A stretch of DNA of 22,882 nucleotides, taken from Salpingoeca rosetta (Eukaryota; Protista; Choanoflagellata). The notes under the pieces were generated by a model. That model ran no database searches. It was given only the letters and a program-made list of their open reading frames with translations, and was not told where the DNA came from. Made by a program: the position numbers and the translations under genes. This document shows, piece by piece, positions 20,012-22,882 of this stretch (position 1 is the first letter of the stretch; each line of letters starts with the position of its first letter). The stretch spans positions 1,378,298 through 1,401,179 of the forward strand of contig JAWQFM010000013.1 in NCBI GenBank assembly GCA_033442325.1, in the 5' to 3' direction.

Positions 20012-20696
20012 GATCGTTGTTGTTGTTTAAGTTGTTGTTTAAGTTGTTGTGATCGTTGTTGTTGTGATCGTTGTTGTTGTTGTGATCGTTGTTGTTGTTT
20101 AAGTTGTTGTTGTTGTTGCAGTTGTTGTTGTTGTTGTTGTTGTTGTTGCTGTTGCTGCTGCTGCTGCTGTTGCTTTTCAACGGTTTATCTTGCTCATGCA
20201 CGTCAACAAACTTGTGTGTGTCCCCCGTGTGCATACGTGTGCATTCCACTGACTGCTGTGCATGTGCATGGTTGCGTGTCTGCACAGGCTGACAATGATG
20301 CTGACAAGGAAGCAGATGTCGATGACGCCATGCACTTGTTGCGACAAAAGTTCATCTCCTCCGCAGACACAAACACCGTTTACCAGCCGCCTCCACAGCA
20401 GCTGGCCCAGCGCATGATTCGCAGAGTACGTTTCGCGGCCCGCTAAAATGCTCTGGCTGTGTGTGCTGCGCGGTGTGTCTGTTTGTCTGTCTGTCTGTCT
20501 CTGCCTCGCTGCCTGTGTGGCTGCAGCCTCTGTCACAGCAAATTCTTGCCAAAGTCAGCTGTCTGTTGTTCTTCTCTCTTGAACCTGTCGCCACCTTCTG
20601 CCTGTGCTCACGCACGTATGTGCATGTTTGACACCTTCCCAGGTTCAAAACTTGATTTGCTGCGAAGGAATCTTGTTGTCGTCACAGCCCGTCTGA
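12890..20696 (+). CDS. NIMA-related Ser/Thr kinase (NEK1/NEK4-like), about 1195 aa, 21 exons
   Basis: Exons: 12890-12939, 13112-13169, 13280-13380, 13500-13578, 13761-13804, 13938-14032, 14286-14395, 14686-14809, 15030-15130, 15398-15825, 16012-16054, 16251-17339, 17551-17614, 17763-18157, 18316-18390, 18623-18663, 18871-18976, 19174-19488, 19836-19913, 20288-20425, 20643-20696; every junction is GT-AG and in phase. Kinase motifs [69 protein letters not shown]; long S/T/K/R-rich tail with coiled-coil-like segments; C-terminal [21 protein letters not shown]...VQNLICCEG resembling the NEK1/NEK4 C-terminal helical module. Confidence 0.92.
14900..15000. repeat. (TCA)n/(TCG)n trinucleotide tract in NEK intron 8
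   Basis: Direct inspection. Confidence 0.9.
19943..20172. repeat. Interrupted (GTT)n tract in NEK intron 19
   Basis: GTT runs interrupted by recurring gtgatc and tttaag variants, ending in (GCT)n. Confidence 0.9.
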
Positions 20697-21372
20697 ATGT
20701 GTAGACAACTTGATTGTCTATCCACCTGCATTCCCCCCCCCCCACACACACACACACACCCTCGCTTTCGTGTTACCGGTTCATCGAATATATTCTTGAC
20801 CATGCGTTTCAGTGGTGTTTCTGAAATGAACACACGCTCCTCCGTCCATGTATCATGCATACATGCATGCAGCTTGCTCTCATCAGCGCAGTGCTCGAGT
20901 CAAATGGAAGTCTCCGACATAACAATTCAAAACACTCTGCCAACTTAAATGCTTGATTCGTTTTAGTGCGAGGAGGGAAGGAAGCGACACAGGACCAGCA
21001 GCCATCATCATTTCACACACAGGACAGAACAGGACAGAGAGAGACAACGCCTCACAACAGGGGGTTAAGCAGACATCCAGGTCTTTTGCGGTAGGGAGGT
21101 GAATATATGTAAACAAAAACAAAACCCGTCATGGCTGGCACAGCAGGACAGCAAAGCAAGGAAGGAGGGGGGGGGGGTCAAACAGACAGGTGAATGAAAA
21201 GAAACGCAGATGAACAAAATGGTGCAACAAGCAAGCAAGCAAGCATGGTCATCATCCCGTCGTCGTCGTCGTCGTCGTCATCGTCGTCGTCGTCACAGAG
21301 AGCAAAGCAGCAGCCGGCACTGCCTCTGTCGCTGCTGCTGGTGATGCCTCTGCTGTCAATTGCTGCTGCTGC

Positions 21373-22740
21373 TTAGACGGACTCAACGGCGGAGGACGAG
21401 GAGGAAGAGGCGTTGGCGCGGTGCTTGGCGAAGAAGACGCCACCAACAACAGCGCCAACAAGCAGCAGCGCGCCAACCACAATGCCGGCAATGGCGCCCG
21501 CAGAGAGGCCTGCAGCGGCATCCCCAGCGCCAGAGGCGCCAGAGTTGTTGTCGGCGTAGGCGTAGTCGTTCTTCGTCGTGTACTCGTTCTTGGGCGCCTC
21601 GTAGGCCGTCGTGTACTCCTGGTGCTTGGTCGTGTACACGGGTGGCTTGGTGGTGTAGACTGGTGGCTTGGTGGTGTACACGGGGCGTGTGGTGTACACG
21701 GCCTCTGTCGTGTACACGGGTGGCTGCGTGGTGTACACGGGTGGCTGCGTGGTGTACACGGGGCGTGTGGTGTACTCCTGGTGCTGGGTGTAGCGTGGGT
21801 AGGCGGGCTTGGTGGTGTACTTGGGTGCCTCGTAGGCGGTGGTGTACTCCTGGTGCTTGGTGGTGTAAGCCTTCTTGGGTGCCTCGTAAGCCGTGGTGTA
21901 CTCCTGCTTGGGTGCCTCGTAGGCGGTGGTGTACTCCTGCTTGGGTGCCTCGTAAGCCGTCGTGTACTCCTGCTTGGGTGCCTCGTAAGCCGTGGTGTAC
22001 TCCATGTGCTTGGTGGTGTAAGCCTTCTTGGGTGCCTCGTAAGCCGTGGTGTACTCCTGCTTGGGTGCCTCGTAGGCGGTGGTGTACTCCTGCTTGGGTG
22101 CCTCGTAAGCCGTCGTGTACTCCTGCTTGGGTGCCTCGTAAGCCGTGGTGTACTCCATGTGCTTGGTGGTGTAAGCCTTCTTGGGTGCCTCGTAAGCCGT
22201 GGTGTACTCCTGCTTGGGTGCCTCGTAGGCGGTGGTGTACTCCTGGTGCTTGGGTGCCTCGTAAGCCGTGGTGTACTCCTGGTGCTTGGTCGTGTACTCC
22301 TGGTGCTTTGGTGCGACGTAGGCGGTGGTGTAAGCCTTCTTGGGTGCCTCATAAGCCGTGGTGTACTCCATGTGCTTGGTGGTGTACTCCTGCTTGGGTG
22401 CCTCGTAAGCCGTCGTGTACTCCTGCTTGGGCGCCTCGTAAGCCGTGGTGTACTCCATGTGCTTGGTCGTGTAAGCCTTCTTGGGCGCCTCGTAAGCCGT
22501 GGTGTACTCCTGCTTGGGCGCCTCGTAAGCCGTGGTGTACTCCTGCTTGGGTGCCTCGTAAGCCGTGGTGTACTCCTGCTTGGGCGCCTCGTAAGCCGTG
22601 GTGTACTCCATGTGCTTGGTCGTGTACTCCTGGTGCTTGGGCTGATAAGCCGTCGTGTACTCGTGCCGCTGATAATCGGCAGCCATCGAGCCCGCAGCAA
22701 GCAGCAGGCACGACGCCACCGCAAACACCAACACGCGCAT
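21373..22740 (-). CDS. Uncharacterised intronless single-pass cell-surface protein with Tyr/Thr-rich tandem repeats (EYTTAYEAPK, PPVYTT), 455 aa
   Basis: ATG in ccagccATG context; signal peptide MRVLVFAVASCLLLAAGSMA; about 20 AYEAPK and about 39 YTT units (hand count); TM GLSAGAIAGIVVGALLLVGAVVGGVFFA (21510-21427); 17-aa tail KHRANASSSSSSAVESV then TAA. Many repeat variants differ at synonymous third positions in this frame, and codons are strongly C/G-ending. Confidence 0.9.
   Translation of the reverse strand: MRVLVFAVASCLLLAAGSMAADYQRHEYTTAYQPKHQEYTTKHMEYTTAYEAPKQEYTTAYEAPKQEYTTAYEAPKQEYTTAYEAPKKAYTTKHMEYTTAYEAPKQEYTTAYEAPKQEYTTKHMEYTTAYEAPKKAYTTAYVAPKHQEYTTKHQEYTTAYEAPKHQEYTTAYEAPKQEYTTAYEAPKKAYTTKHMEYTTAYEAPKQEYTTAYEAPKQEYTTAYEAPKQEYTTAYEAPKKAYTTKHMEYTTAYEAPKQEYTTAYEAPKQEYTTAYEAPKQEYTTAYEAPKKAYTTKHQEYTTAYEAPKYTTKPAYPRYTQHQEYTTRPVYTTQPPVYTTQPPVYTTEAVYTTRPVYTTKPPVYTTKPPVYTTKHQEYTTAYEAPKNEYTTKNDYAYADNNSGASGAGDAAAGLSAGAIAGIVVGALLLVGAVVGGVFFAKHRANASSSSSSAVESV
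21575..22665 (-). repeat. Coding minisatellite: 33-bp unit (QEYTTAYEAPK) organised into a 153-bp higher-order repeat
   Basis: Marker gtaagccttcttggg recurs at 21865, 22018 and 22171 (exact 153-bp spacing = 51 aa: KAYTTKHMEYTTAYEAPK + 3 x QEYTTAYEAPK). Confidence 0.93.
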
Positions 22741-22882
22741 GGCTGGTTGTCACAAAAGAGGAAGAAGAAGAAGAAGAAGAAGTGTGCGCTGGCGGGTGGC
22801 TGGAAGTCACGCAGTTCAAATCAGGGGGTCTTGGTGGTTCTTGGTGCGTTGGATGACAGCTGAGAAAATGAACATCTCATCC

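Noticed and set aside
20697-21372. Short ORFs between the convergent NEK and repeat-protein stops
   Set aside because: No homology or motif; more simply explained as 3' UTRs of the two genes.
21575-22665. CRISPR-like periodic 33-bp repeats
   Set aside because: No unique spacers, in-frame coding repeat, eukaryotic context, no cas genes.
21252-22863. Long alternative ORFs over the repeat gene (21360-22856 +, 21421-22863 +, 21252-22724 -)
   Set aside because: Shadow frames of a tandem repeat whose unit lacks stops. Only the 21373-22740 frame has a signal peptide, TM helix and synonymous-site variation.

Overview
Eukaryotic, intron-dense, microsatellite-saturated genomic DNA. The short GT-AG introns filled with CA/TG/CAA repeats and the animal-like gene set suggest a choanoflagellate such as Salpingoeca; this is inference, not verified. 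Manual splicing with phase checks gives five protein-coding genes. (1) The 5' part of a Slo2/KCNT-like K+ channel (minus strand, runs off the left edge). (2) A compact ataxin-2/Pbp1 orthologue with LSm, LsmAD, PAM2 and a Q/P/M-rich tail (minus). (3) Divergently, a type-I membrane histidine acid phosphatase of the ACP2/ACPP type (plus). (4) A 21-exon NIMA-related NEK1/NEK4-like kinase (plus). (5) An intronless, signal-peptide-bearing single-pass membrane protein with an ectodomain built from hierarchical Tyr/Thr-rich EYTTAYEAPK repeats (minus), which is the most unusual element. Most ORFs in the supplied track are microsatellite artefacts. No rRNA, tRNA, CRISPR array or transposon is recognisable.
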